Source of the DNA: the human T2T-CHM13v2.0 reference genome, Homo sapiens
DNA length: 64,000 bases
Reading direction: 5' to 3' (one strand)
Assembly: GCF_009914755.1 (NCBI RefSeq)
Contig: NC_060925.1
Shown: in pieces, positions 29,245-43,385 of the stretch
How the letters are laid out: every line of letters begins with the position of its first letter
How positions within the stretch are numbered: the stretch's first letter is position 1
Program-made: the position numbers and the translations under genes
Notes under the pieces: generated by a model
What the model was told of the DNA's origin: nothing
Seen by the model: the letters and a program-made list of their open reading frames with translations, nothing else
Database searches by the model: none

Positions 29245-29620
29245 AACAATGGACATTATGCTAAGCGAAGTGAGCCAGTCAAAAAAATAAACAAACAAAC
29301 AAACAAATAAATACTACATGATTCAACTCATTTTAGGTTGGTGCGAAGTTATTGTGGTTTTTGCCATTAAAAGTAATATAAAGTACCTGGAATAGTCAAA
29401 TGTATAGCAAGAGAAAATAGAATGGTGCTTGCCAGGGGCTGGAGGGAAGGAGAAATGGGGTTGTTGTTCAGTGGGTGCAGGGTTTGAATTTTGCAAGATG
29501 AAAGGGTTCTGTGGCTGGATGGTGGTCATGGCTTCACAGCACTGTCAACGTGCATGATGCCACTGACCTGCGCACATCTTAAGTGGTTAATGATCAATTT
29601 TATGTCATATGTATTTTTTC
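29245..29620 (+). mobile_element. L1M 3' end with an inserted partial MADE1 (~29333-29377)
   Basis: cattatgctaagcgaagtgagccagtc..aatggtgcttgccagggg; ttaggttggtgcgaagttattgtggtttttgccatt matches the MADE1 TIR. Confidence 0.7.
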
Positions 29621-32600
29621 ACATTTGAAAACACTTTTAAAAACCATTCTTGTTAGTATTTAAAGAACTGCAAGATAAAAAAGAGACATTTTTAGAGTGT
29701 GAAGTCGTGTGCACAGGTTCATCGTCTAGGTGTGTACTCATGAAAACAAATCTCTTGTGTTGCAGATAGCGCTCGTTAAGGTTGATTTCTGCATATCAGT
29801 GAGAGTTCAGTGATCTTACATTCAACATAAATATGACAACTTTACAAACATCCCCCCTTTCATCCACTGAGTGAGTTTATCAGGAAAACCCAACAAAATC
29901 CTTCCAGGCCTCCCTGGGGGAAGGTACACAGTCCCCTGCTCTGGAGGAGGACATGGAGGCTCACGCTGGTTAAGGGAGTTTTCCAAAGTCACCAGCAGCA
30001 AGGAACCTTCTGAAACTCTGACAAGTCCGTGCTTTTCCCACGTCCACTTACATTATTTAGGCAAGACCCACTTGGGAATCTATTTTTTCAAGGCATGATC
30101 GGGACTAGGTTCAGGATGGTAGAGCAGGGCTGTTTTTGAAAGGCGGTCTCTTTCTCTTTGCACCAAGCTTTCCGTAAGTGTGTGGGTGACCCTCCCAACT
30201 TCCTCCTCTCTCCCACAACCACCGCCCTCGCTGCTTCTCTCAGCTTCTCTCCCTGACACCTGGATGACTCCTCTTGGCTACCTGGGGGCTGGCATTGTGG
30301 GAGGCAGCCGACGCCAGTGGGTGCTGCTGGGATCCCTGCCCACACCCAGCAGTTGCCTGGAGATGGAGGTATGCCAGGTATGTGGGCCAACAGCTGCAGA
30401 GTTGCCACTGACAGGCCGGAGGAGGATTCTTTGTCAGTGACCGCACCAGCCCGAGCCCCTGCCAGCTGTCCCACTCAGTATGCCCTGGCTTCCAGGGCCC
30501 CAGCCAAGGAAGGGTGTGGACATGTGATACAGTGGTGGCCACAAGGCAGGGGTCAAGGGGAAGGCAGGCCGATACTAGCAACAGAGGAAATGACACTTCA
30601 GAAGCGTCCTCTCTTACAAACAAGAGCAACTGTGTGTGTCCCAGTGAGTATGGGAAGCTCAGTCTCCTAACATCATTCAAGGGTCTCCAAGTGACTGTGC
30701 ATACAGTTTTAAAAATATCACCGAACTTGTTTTTCTTACCCCAGCCATTTTTTATAACTATATCTAGGGAATGGGTTGGTTGACTCTAAAGAGCAAGGAA
30801 CTAAAGAAAAGATAAACATGGAAACTTCAGGTTTTCCAGAATCTTGCATATTTCCCTCCTGTTTCCCTATTATAATTTACATTTAAAATGGAGAGATATG
30901 CAGTTTAAGCCAAATGTTTTGAGTCATGAAAACAAGTGAAACTCTTTTGCCTGTTCATGATAAACCTTCAGATTTGGTGACTTCTTTCCACCAAGGCAAG
31001 ATAGGTTTCACTGGGGGGAACTGAACTGGTGTGGTGTTTTCTGCCTTCAGCCATCTGTGTGTACACTGTGACAATATGGTTCTGTGCTGGATGAGACGCC
31101 TACTATTTTTTCATCTCACTAAAGAGCCTCAAGTTTCTCAGCTACAACCTGGAGGAAGTGTCTGAAAGCTGATTTTCTGATGCCCAGCCCCAGGCCTCCT
31201 TTTCCACCGCACAAGATCAGACCTGCTTTTCTCTAAATCAGAATTAGGCACGCCACTCCAGATGAAAGAGCCCTGTCGTTGAAATGCCTTTCTTTGGCCC
31301 ACACTAAGTATAATTTCTGCTCCCGTTTGAACTCAAATATCACATGTATATTTTAACAGCTGCTGCTCTCTAAGCAAACTGATTCACATAGAAAATCCAG
31401 GATTGTGACTACTTATTTTTTCCTCTCTACACATGAAACAGATTCCCTGGAAACACAGTTATCTTAAGTAGCTGGAATTGTCTAACTTCGGTTACTTTAT
31501 TATTTACAAATCAGCCAGGTGAGAACAAGAAAGTGAAAAGCAGGAAACAAGATAGGCAGAGAAACAAAGGGCTCGATCGCAAGAGCAGCAAGATGCCTGA
31601 GCAGACCCACAGGGTTCTCAGGGCTGCAGCAAAAATCAAAGAACAGTCGTGGTCTCAGGACTCGCCATAGATCAGACCACAGCTTCCAACCATGCCACAG
31701 GCTGTCTGTGTGTTCCCTGCACACCATTCATTTTTGTCCTTCTATTTTAATGATCTGAAACCAAGTTTGGGCCATGTGTAGACAGGCCATTCGGAGGAGG
31801 CTTCGGGAAGGAGGGTGCATCTGAGACTAGTTGTAAAAGATGAGGAGGATTTCCACAATCGCTCGAAGGAAAGGGGCATTTCAGAAAGAGAGAAGAGCAC
31901 GTTCACGTGAGCCCAGATAGGAGCACGGGGCACACGCAGGAAACTTCCTGATGCTGGAGTTCATGCGCACGGTGGACGCAGGCTTGGCAGCCCGCAAGGC
32001 AGAAGGGGAGGTGGTGCGGGAACCGTGGCTGCTCTAGCAAACTTGAGCTCCATTCTGCAGGCTCAAGGAGACATGGAGTAAGAGGAAGGACTCCTTGGGT
32101 GCATTGTTCATGGGAGGACAAATTAGAAAGGGGATTATCTCATGGCAGGCAGCCACTTCCAAGTAGGGAAGTTGGAGAACTTGTTGTCAGGTGGAAGAAA
32201 AGAGAAGACCCTTGAAAAGTCATCCAGGAATGGGTGTGCACAAACATGGAGTGTGTTCCTCATGCCGTAATTCTGATCCAGGTCCTTGACTTAACTGCAT
32301 TGCCATTAAGCTTGTGAAAGGAGGGGAAAGCCGGTACCAGACATTGGTTATATGTCCAATATCTGTTTGACTCTTTGTTAGAGGTATTACCTAAGTTATC
32401 TTACAATACTCTAAAAGCAATTCTACAAAGCCCATTGCTATTTTACAGAAATGAAATCTGAAAATGAAGAGGGTCAAGTAAACTAAGAAGTCTACGCATA
32501 ACTAAGAAGTGGGGCTGCCTGACCCCAATCCTGCACTCTTGGCTCTTTATGACTTCACTTGTGAGCATACTGAACTCAAAGTGTTCTGGACGTCTCCAGG

Positions 32601-34129
32601 TAGAGGGCTCTAGGAGGCAGCTGAGTACGTGAGTCTGGAACTTAGGAGAGTTCCAAGCAGGGCTGTGGGTGTGGGATGGGGTGCATGGGAAGGAGGTTGT
32701 CAAAGCAAAGCAATGCGCAGCTGCTTAGGGAGGGGGCACAGGAGAGTGGCCTGGCCCTTCTTAGATCATTGTCAACTCAACTTGTCTAAATGGCTTTTAA
32801 GACCTCAGTTATCACCTGTATTAATTCTGGCCTATGGTATTTTGCAGCTCTTCGGGAAATAGTGATCCTTTGTTTCTGACAAAGTTCTTCTTAAAGGGTT
32901 TATTGTCTTATTTACTAGGAATCATGGGGAATAGAGTGTTACACAATGTAATTTTTTCCCTAACAAATGAAGCTTATTTTTATAAATTCCAGGGCTTTTA
33001 ATTTGAATCATGCTTAACTATTTTTCTATATTTTATTACATTGTTTGCTTCCTCCCTAAAGACAGTATATTTTAGTATTTTCACAGAAAAATGAGAAGCC
33101 CTCATTATGAACATACCTGATTAAATTGAGCATTTCCAAGTGATGTCCACATCATTGCTCAAGTGTTATGAGGCCACAGGATGAACTACTGCCCCCCGAA
33201 TGATGCTAGAATGCTGTGCCTTTATTTATTTCATTGGACAACTCATTCAACATATATTTATCAAGTGACTCCTATAAGAGTAACTAAAATAGAATTTCCT
33301 GCTTTTGTAGACCTTACACTATAGTTGATTCCATAGTGTCTAGTGTTTCATGAAATTATACAAAATGTCACTAAATCTAAAATGCCATTGGTAATGACAT
33401 ACACTTTTTAATGCACTAATATTAAATAATGCTGAAATTAAGTTATGCTTATCTAATGTAAGATACATTGCAGTTTCAGATACTAAAATTTGAACAAGTA
33501 GACAAACGTTTCTCTTGAAATCAGTGAAATCTCTATCTAAATCCCTTAGAATAGGGTTAGCACATAGTATTCCAGGAAAGCAAAGCTCTAATTATTATTG
33601 TTGGATTGTACCCAGATTATGTTACTATTTAAGTTTCTACTTTATGTAAAGCACTTTTTCATATGGATATTCTTTATCCTAACAATAGTCCATTTGTTAC
33701 ACCAGAAGTAACACCAGATACTTCTGAATAATAATGGCAGTTAAATCTGTGGTTTTGTGGAATTTTGCTTATATACGTCACTGTTGATTCAAACAATATA
33801 GCAGCTCTAAGAACATCTGTGCCTCCAGCCTCTGCATTTCAACCATGAGAGCGTCATTTCTCTCCATGATGCTTAAATTAAAAATCTAAATATTTGGTAA
33901 ATTTTACGCTTTTCTAGAATATGTTTTGTTACTATTATATTCTAGTAAAAACAAAAAATGTTCTTAGCCTGAGAAAGATTTTACAGAAAAGCTTTAGTAA
34001 ACATTACACTTCATAATGTACCTGTACTACACTAAATCTATAATGTACTTATACTAAAGAGTGAACTATATTATCTTTGAGTTTAGGAATAAGATGAGTA
34101 AATATGTAAATGTAATAATGAGAAACTAT

Positions 34130-36200
34130 TAAAATGCAGTAGTTTCATTCAATATGATTATTTAAATAGAAAATCCAAAAATTTGTACATGAATTAAATT
34201 AATAAACAAATTCAATGAGTTTACTAGATACAAAATTCATTGTCCAAAGGAATTGTATTTCTTTACACCAGCAATAATGTTAAAAATAATAATTTATAAG
34301 ATTAACTTCATATTTCATGAAAAGTGTAAAATTTAAGAATAAATTTAAAAATAGTGTACGAAGTCTTTATATACAATAATATAAAACTTTTGTACAATAA
34401 TAACATCAAAATGAGGGGTGATATGTACTATGTTCATAGGTTAAATGTCTCACTTTTATAATAATGTTAATTCTCAAACATATTTATATTATGCTTGAGT
34501 TTGACAAAATTATATACGTTTGACAAAATTCCAATAAATTCCCAATACATTTTGTGGAACTTATAAACTACACAATAAAGGCCAAAACAGTCCTTAAGAA
34601 AAACAAGTTGAGAAGACTTGACATATCATGAATGATTTGAAATTTACAAATTTCAGAATTTTTCCCATTGTAATATAAGCATGTAATACTATCACATTTC
34701 CCCAAATGGCTACTTTAAGTGCATCCTACAAATTGTGATATATTCTGTTTTTGTTTTCATCTTTGTTCTCTTTGAAATACTTTCTAAGTTCATCTGTGAC
34801 TTCCTCCTTGACTCAGGAATTTTTAGAAGTGTGTTGTTTCATTTCAGAACATTTGGAAATTATTTATTTCTAGTTTCATTTAGTTGTGCTTAGAGATCAT
34901 ACTGTGTATGATTTCTATTCTTTTTAATGTACTGAGACATGTTTATATAGCCCAGATTATCATCAATTTTAGTGAATGTTTTAAATGTGCAGTTGCTAAC
35001 AATGTCTTTTATATTGCTGTTTAGTGGACTGTTTTAGAAAAGTCAATCAGGTAAATCTGATTAAGAGTATTGTTTTTCTTCTATCCTTTTGCTGGTTTCT
35101 TATCTCATTCTATTAGTTACTGAAAAAAATGGGTTAGAATCTACAATCTCCAACAATAACGGGATATATCCATTTCTTTTTTCTGTTGTATATTTCTTCT
35201 TTGTATATTTTAAAGATCTATTGTTGGGCAATATTTGGTATTGTTGTGTCTTCTTGTTGAATTGACCCTTCTAACATCATGAAATGTTATGCAATTCTGG
35301 TAACATTTCTTATTGTAAAACTTACCATTTCTGTCCAAATCTATGCCCTGTCCCTTTATAAAATAATGATGATAACAAATAATACATAATATTTATTGTT
35401 TTTTTATCTCCCATTTTTAAAAATTCTGGGGGTTTAGATTATTTGAATTTATATAATTATTGATAAAACTAAAATCAAATCCACCATCTTTCCATTTGTT
35501 TTCTACTTGTTCCATCTTGCTTCTTAATTTTATTTTTATTTTTTAAATTTTTATTTCATCTAGAGTTTACAATACACATCTTTAACTTATCACAGCTCTA
35601 TGTAGAGTATAAAGAATGTACAGCAGGAGAAGTCAGTTTTTCTCTTCTGTCTTTGCACTACCGTTATCATACATTTTACTTCAAATGCATACATTTAACA
35701 TGTGCCACAAATCCTATAACACTTTATTGTTTTTGCTTTAAATAATCAATTATCTTTTAAGGAGAAAAAACAAAAAATTTTTACATAATTTTTATATATT
35801 TCTGGGACTCTTAATTTCTTTTTTTATAGATCAAATTTTCCTTCTGGTATTATATTTCTTTTACTAAAGAAATTTTCTTTAACACTTATGTAGTGCAAAT
35901 GTGCTAATAATGAATCAGCTCAGTATTTGTTCTGAAAAGTCTTTTTCTTTTTGGAAGACATTTTTGCTGGTTAAAGACTTCTAGGTTGGCAAAAATGTTT
36001 TTAAGTACTTTAAAGAACAGCTCTATAGTTCCTGGCCATTTTTTTCTTACTTACATAGATTCCGATGAGGAGTCTGCAGTATTCTTGATTGTATGTAGTG
36101 GGTTTTCCCCTCATGAGCTGTTCTGCCCCTCTCTCTCGGTTCTCTTCTTCTGGCACTCCAATTACATATACATTCAACTCCTTGACGCTTTCCCAAGTGC
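34130..36200. mobile_element. Old L1M fragments (both orientations)
   Basis: Degenerate AT-rich L1 ORF2-like sequence (tagaaaatccaaa.., gaattgaccctt..). Confidence 0.6.
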
Positions 36201-36769
36201 AGTGCTGGAGACTGAAGATTTAACTGCAGTGAGCTTGGACTGTGAGGATTGAAGCAGAGCCAAAAACTGACAGACAGTTAGTAATCATTGCAGATGTTTG
36301 CTGAACAATTGCAAGGTAGCAGGCACTATTCTACTTTTCACCTGTAGAATTCTGACTTATCCTCAAGATTTATCTTGAAATTTTCCAGAAAGCCTTCCTA
36401 TACCATCCTTTCTCACCCTAACCTCTACCTCACCTCTCACACTAGGTTAGGTAGCCCTCTTTTTTAGTTTTACTGCACAATGGGTTTCCAGTGTTTTTAA
36501 ATCTACTACTCTTTATTCTATTAGATCTTTTTATTTTTAATCTCCATGGCTAGGCTGTGAATTCCATGAGGGCAAAGACTATGACTATTGTCTTGTGTCA
36601 TAGTCAAATGACCTCTCCTTTGCCCAGGGTGTGTTACATTCTCAATGTGTATTTCATGAAAGAATGGATGAATAAATGCTGTCTCCCACTAGACTGTGAG
36701 TTCCTCAGAGGCAGAAATTACACTTTTCCCATGTTTTTGTGACCCTGGTTCAATATATATGATTGATGA

Positions 36770-37088
<319 letters not shown>

Positions 37089-37753
37089 TAAACTCGTGGG
37101 AGGCAGAGAAGCAACAGCTAACAGAAGTGGGGAGGAGGCACTGTAACAATTACATTGAGGGCCATCTTTGTTTAACATCAGAAGATTACAGGATAAAATT
37201 ATTTGTCATGTAGTGAGCCAGGGGTAGAAATCCTGTTTTAAAACTGATTTTCTGTGGCTTCAGCAAATCATAGAATTATCAGAGCAATTACCCAAAGCTC
37301 CAGTGGAAAGGAAGAGTCAGTCTTGTTTGCATACTTGCCTGGCCTAGATCTTTTCATGATCTTTCTGCCACCATGTTGCTGAAGAAATCTTCACTCCCTT
37401 TGCCTGTGTGTGTTTGGGATGGAATTACTGAAATCCTTCCTGAATTCTGCTTACGTGAAATGTTACTCCATGTGGTTTTAATTCCATGAAGATATTTCCT
37501 CCAGTGTATGTGAGTTATATAGGTTGGGAATAATTAGAAAAAGAGATGACTGGGTTAGAAACAGGAAAGAAAAGGAAATAAAATGCAACAAAACAAAGCA
37601 CAAAGCAGACAGAACAGGAAGAGGTCCTGCAAAAGGGCTTTGGGCAATGGAGGGGAGTGCTGAGAGCCAGACGATGTCTGGACATGCATTAGAGGGGGTG
37701 AGTGCAGGCCTTTGGGGAATCTTCCTCTGTCCCTGTAGTCACACTGTCCATCA

Positions 37754-38099
<346 letters not shown>

Positions 38100-40492
38100 T
38101 CAACCAGGAATCTTGTGGAGAAACCCCCTAAGAAGAAAAAAAAAAAGCAAAGGAACATGTCTCTCAGTGGGTGTATTACCCACGAGGAACGAAAATGAAT
38201 GTACGGGAGTCTGGTTGGAACAGACAGAAGGGGAGATCCTGAGAAGATTCTTCCAGCAAAAGATATTAACAGGAAATGGGCTTCAGAGAACCCAGTACAT
38301 GAAGATGTGCAAAATGCCTTGTATAGCCTTTTTTAGTTTGCCTTTATTGCTGTATTGTAATAGATATTAAAATAGATATTTACGAATGTCTTCAGGGTGA
38401 GTCACAGCTCTTGTTTCCCAGCCCTCCCTTTCTCAAGTCTTCCATTCCTCCATTGCAAGTTTTCCAGCACAGATATTTTCCGAAGCTGGATTCCTGTATT
38501 GGGGAAGTTGTTCTGCACTTTAATCACTGACTTGTACCTACACAAGGGGAGAGGTTGTAACTCGGGGAGCTAATGTAAAGAGAAGCTGTACCATTCAACA
38601 TATGTATATGAATGTTGTCATTTTTACTTTACATGCATTTATTTGCTTACAGAAAATTGCATAGTGCAGCAAATCTATAAAAAGTCAAGCTTTATTGTCA
38701 AGAAGCTTAGAGTGACCAAAGGCAAAGGGAGACCCATAATATGCTCATTACTGCTTACACTTTTAACTCAATCTAATCATATTCTTATGTTCGCCACATG
38801 TACACATTAAAGAAAATGTCAGTAATTACTGAAGAATTTAACATAATGAATCCATGTAAAAACAAGGGTTTAATTACAGCATTTACACAGGTTACAAACT
38901 CTAACATGCCTTTGTATACGAGACAATCAGATCCATACATTTTGTTTTCTAAGCCATTTTGGGGAGAAAAAAAAAACAGCCCTTGATATTTGAGTCATGC
39001 GAATACTCTGGGGTTCCAAGATAGTACTCTGGCATTTTTCAACAAGGTCTTTTTCCTCACTATGGAGAAAGCGTCAGTCTCAGAGTTCACAGTGTGTAGT
39101 CACATCACTGAGAAATGTGCATGCATCTGACCTCACACCGGGATACTTCTCTCTGTGTGACCAGTTCCAAAGACGTCTTCTCAGTTTAGTTCCAGGACAA
39201 GCTAAAGTGAAATGTTGACTTTCAGTTTCATCAACTGCTGATGTTGACCGCACTCCAACGATGGAAAGAGTTTGAGGTCATCAGCAGTTACTGGGCCAGG
39301 GAGCCTATTTTCCTCAGGAATCCAAGAGAATCAAACCCTCAGTATGGACCAAGAAGCAATATGGACTTATCTGATCTACAAGATGAAAAGTATTCAAAAT
39401 TGGCTTTAAAAAATAGTCAATTTGGTTCTGGAAATAAATTGTGAGAATTTCTGTATCTATTTCTATTATCTTAAAAAGTTGGCAAATATCTAAGTGTTAC
39501 TAATATTGAACATGTAGACTGATTCTGGACTCCCCACTCAGGCTGCATGTCAGAGATTTGCATAGCAAGTGAAGTCACTGGTTTCCTGAGAAATGTGGGC
39601 CCTGCAGAGGGCAGAGGAGTTCCCACAGCCCCACTCACAGGATCTCTTGCAGCTATTGTTAAATGGCACAGCCATCTTAACCATGGCAAGTGAATTCAAG
39701 GATTAAATTGTCTACTTTTGACTAAACTAACTTCACAAAAGGTTAAGTGGGTTAAAAAATTTCCTACAAAGAAATACCAAATTTAGATAATATGATAATT
39801 CAAGAACAATAAAATATCAGAGCTACATTTCTTCAATTAGTTGTATATACTCTTGTCAACCACGTAGCAAAGTTGAAAACAATGGCAAGGAGTCAGCCAA
39901 AAAATTCTACATTATCATCAGGAAAGCATTTTGAAACATAGGTTATATCCATTGTCATCAATGTCAACTCACTCTAAGTGCATATTCTAACTCAAGATTT
40001 GAAGTTGATGATAGTATTCAGGAAACACGTACGATTTGATTACTCATGCTCAAAGCCATGTGTTATTGAACCAGCCACTTTACAAAATTTAATTAAACTT
40101 AATGATGAAAATTAAAAGTCTCTCTGAAAGATCTTATCAAAGAGCAAAAGACAAAAGCCACTTACTATTGGGGGAAATGTGTTCCTTATAATATGCAAGC
40201 TTATTTTCCCATCATTTTGATCAAAACAGAAGAAAAAATATATGAAAACGTATAATAACAAGCTTAATAAATAAAACATGCAAAAATATGGTGTGTTACT
40301 TATTTTAACATGAATTTCTATGTATTTACAGTTATCTGAAACAAATATAAAATAGTTTGGATCCTTGTGATCGGTCACAAACTTAGAAAGCCTGCTCTTT
40401 ACATGCAGCAAACTTTTAAAATTTTTGCATATAACAAGCTTTTAACTGATTAAAGTAATGCCACTCTAGTTATTTATGAAATACATCAAAAA

Positions 40493-40800
<308 letters not shown>

Positions 40801-41307
40801 TCACAAAGTAGATGGTATTTTATTTGGATTGATAGATTTATCATTTATAAATGCTTTTCTGTAGTATTCATTTTGTCCATAAAGCACAAAGATGCTAAAT
40901 CATACACAAATTCTTCCAGGTACTTGTCAAGTGAGTTGATTTTTGTTTTCTAACTATGTAGAAAGTTAAATTCATCAGTTGCTTTTCCAGAAAGACCCAT
41001 TTCAGGTCTCTTGACTACCATCACCTATGTGAGCAGAAGGATTCAGGGGATCCTTGGTGGACTGCTGAAGAATGAAGCATGTGCACCCACTTTACTTCTA
41101 CACTTTGGCAGCTGTAGAACAGAGACAGTGGTGGTGCAGGATACATCCTTGTATCTGGGAATTAATTCCTTTCCGAGGTGTATACTACTTAGCTTTGTGA
41201 CTAAAATCTACGGGCTTCAGTTTCCTAGTTTTGCTAAATTGGAAACATGTTAATATCTATGACTGTAGCACATCACAAGTAAAGATAAATGAGAAAATGT
41301 ATGCTTT

Positions 41308-41634
<327 letters not shown>

Positions 41635-43042
41635 GGACAATGTACGCTTTGTAAACTTTAAGTCTGGGAGATGGCTAACATTATGGGGGAAGACTTGGCC
41701 AAGACAGCCCAGAAACCACAAGGTGAATAATAGCACCCAGAACAGAAGGTCCACCATGAAGATAAGGACTTAATCTATCAGGAAGGATTAAATGTAACCG
41801 TCAAGAGTAGGCTTGATGGAGGAGGGTGAATCTGAATGGAGCCTTGATCTACAGTGGGGTTTACAGCACAGGCAAATCCTGGTGACTGCATGCTAGATGA
41901 AAGGAATTGGACAAATGAAATAACTGAGGCAAGAGAGGTTGGGCATGTTCAAATTCGTATCTGTATTGCATAGATAGCTTAAGAATGAAGTAGAGCCAGA
42001 AAAAACATACTAGGCTCAGATTACGGAACATGTTTAATGCTAGGCTAAGAACTGTGTTCTATTATATATGCAAAGAGGATCCATGATCGCTTTTTGAGCA
42101 GAAAAATCACCCAACTTAATGTGATGTTTTAGGAAGATACTTGGGTAGCAATGTGGAAAAGGCACTGAAGCAAGCAGATTGAAGGCAGATGCTACGTATA
42201 AGACCATAAAGCTTTTGCACTGGATTTGATCAGTTGCAATGAAGGCTTGAGTTTGGATGGTGGTCTTGGGAAAGTTCAAAAAAAAAAAAAAAGGAGAGGA
42301 GGGGTCATAACTGAAAGCCATTTTATCATGACTAAGAAGTCAAACATGTTAATAACCTCAAGAGATATTGGAACAAGCAGAAAATATTCCTCTTTTGTGC
42401 ATCCATACTTTTATTAAGAAAAGCTTAACGGAGCTTGAGATATTTATAGAAAAGGCCAGTACCATGAGGAAGGAGATGTGTTCCTAGAACACGTTTAAAA
42501 TGATAGTGTTCTTTAATTTTAAAATATGATGGAGGATAGTTTTCGAATTTTGTGTCGCAGTTTTTGCAAAGTTACTAAAGTTTCCAAATTCTAAAACCAC
42601 ATGGTAGTCTGCCAGCTACACATGGAGCAAATAACCTGCCCTGATGCTCCCCACTTGTAATCCAGCCAGCAAGCCCTGTCTCTCCATTCCCAAGGCTGTG
42701 TTCACAGACAGCATTGACGAAAACCAGCCAGTTCCCCCAAAACCCCTGCTGCACAGTATCTGACAGATATCAGTGATGGCTTATCTTCACTTGTCTTTCA
42801 ACCCCTCTTTATTCTCTACCCCTCTTTATGCACCCCAAAACTGCCAATATCTCTATAAATAGCATGACTCTGGCTTTCCTGGGCTTGAACTTCCATGTGG
42901 ATTTGGCTGACGGAGATCAATGTAAGGTGATGGGATGCTCAGAAGACAGAGAGTTGGGGGTAATTTTCTCCCACTCCTTTTCTGCAGTGGGAACTGCAGT
43001 GATGGCAACAGTATTCTCTCCATGAAAACACTCCCTGCCTCC

Positions 43043-43385
43043 TGCTATGGTTTCAATATTTGTGTCCCTCCAAAATTCATGTTGAAACTTCATCCTCAGT
43101 GTGACAGGATTAAGATGTGAGGCCTTGAGGAGGTGATCATATACCCTTATAACAGCACTCTAGGGGACTAGCTAGATCCTGTTTGCTTTTATATTCCTTC
43201 TGCAATGTGAGGACACAGCAAGAGTCGCCATCTTGGAAGCAGAAAGCAACCCTCTCCAGCCCCCAGATCTGCTGGCACCTTGATCTTGGACCCACAACTG
43301 TGAGAAATATGTTTTTCTCAATAGACTACATAGCCTCCATGTCCATGTTCTATTAATGCAGAACAAACAGATTAAGACATCCCAC
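43043..43385 (+). mobile_element. MaLR LTR (MST/MLT1A-like) nested in an older MLT element
   Basis: tgctatggtttcaatatttgtgtccctccaaaattcatgttgaaac..ctgctggcaccttgatcttggac..aaacagattaagaca. Confidence 0.8.

Noticed and set aside
37331-37343. Second U1 copy (ATACTTGCCTGGC)
   Set aside because: Similarity stops after 13 nt; no PSE, stem-loops or Sm site
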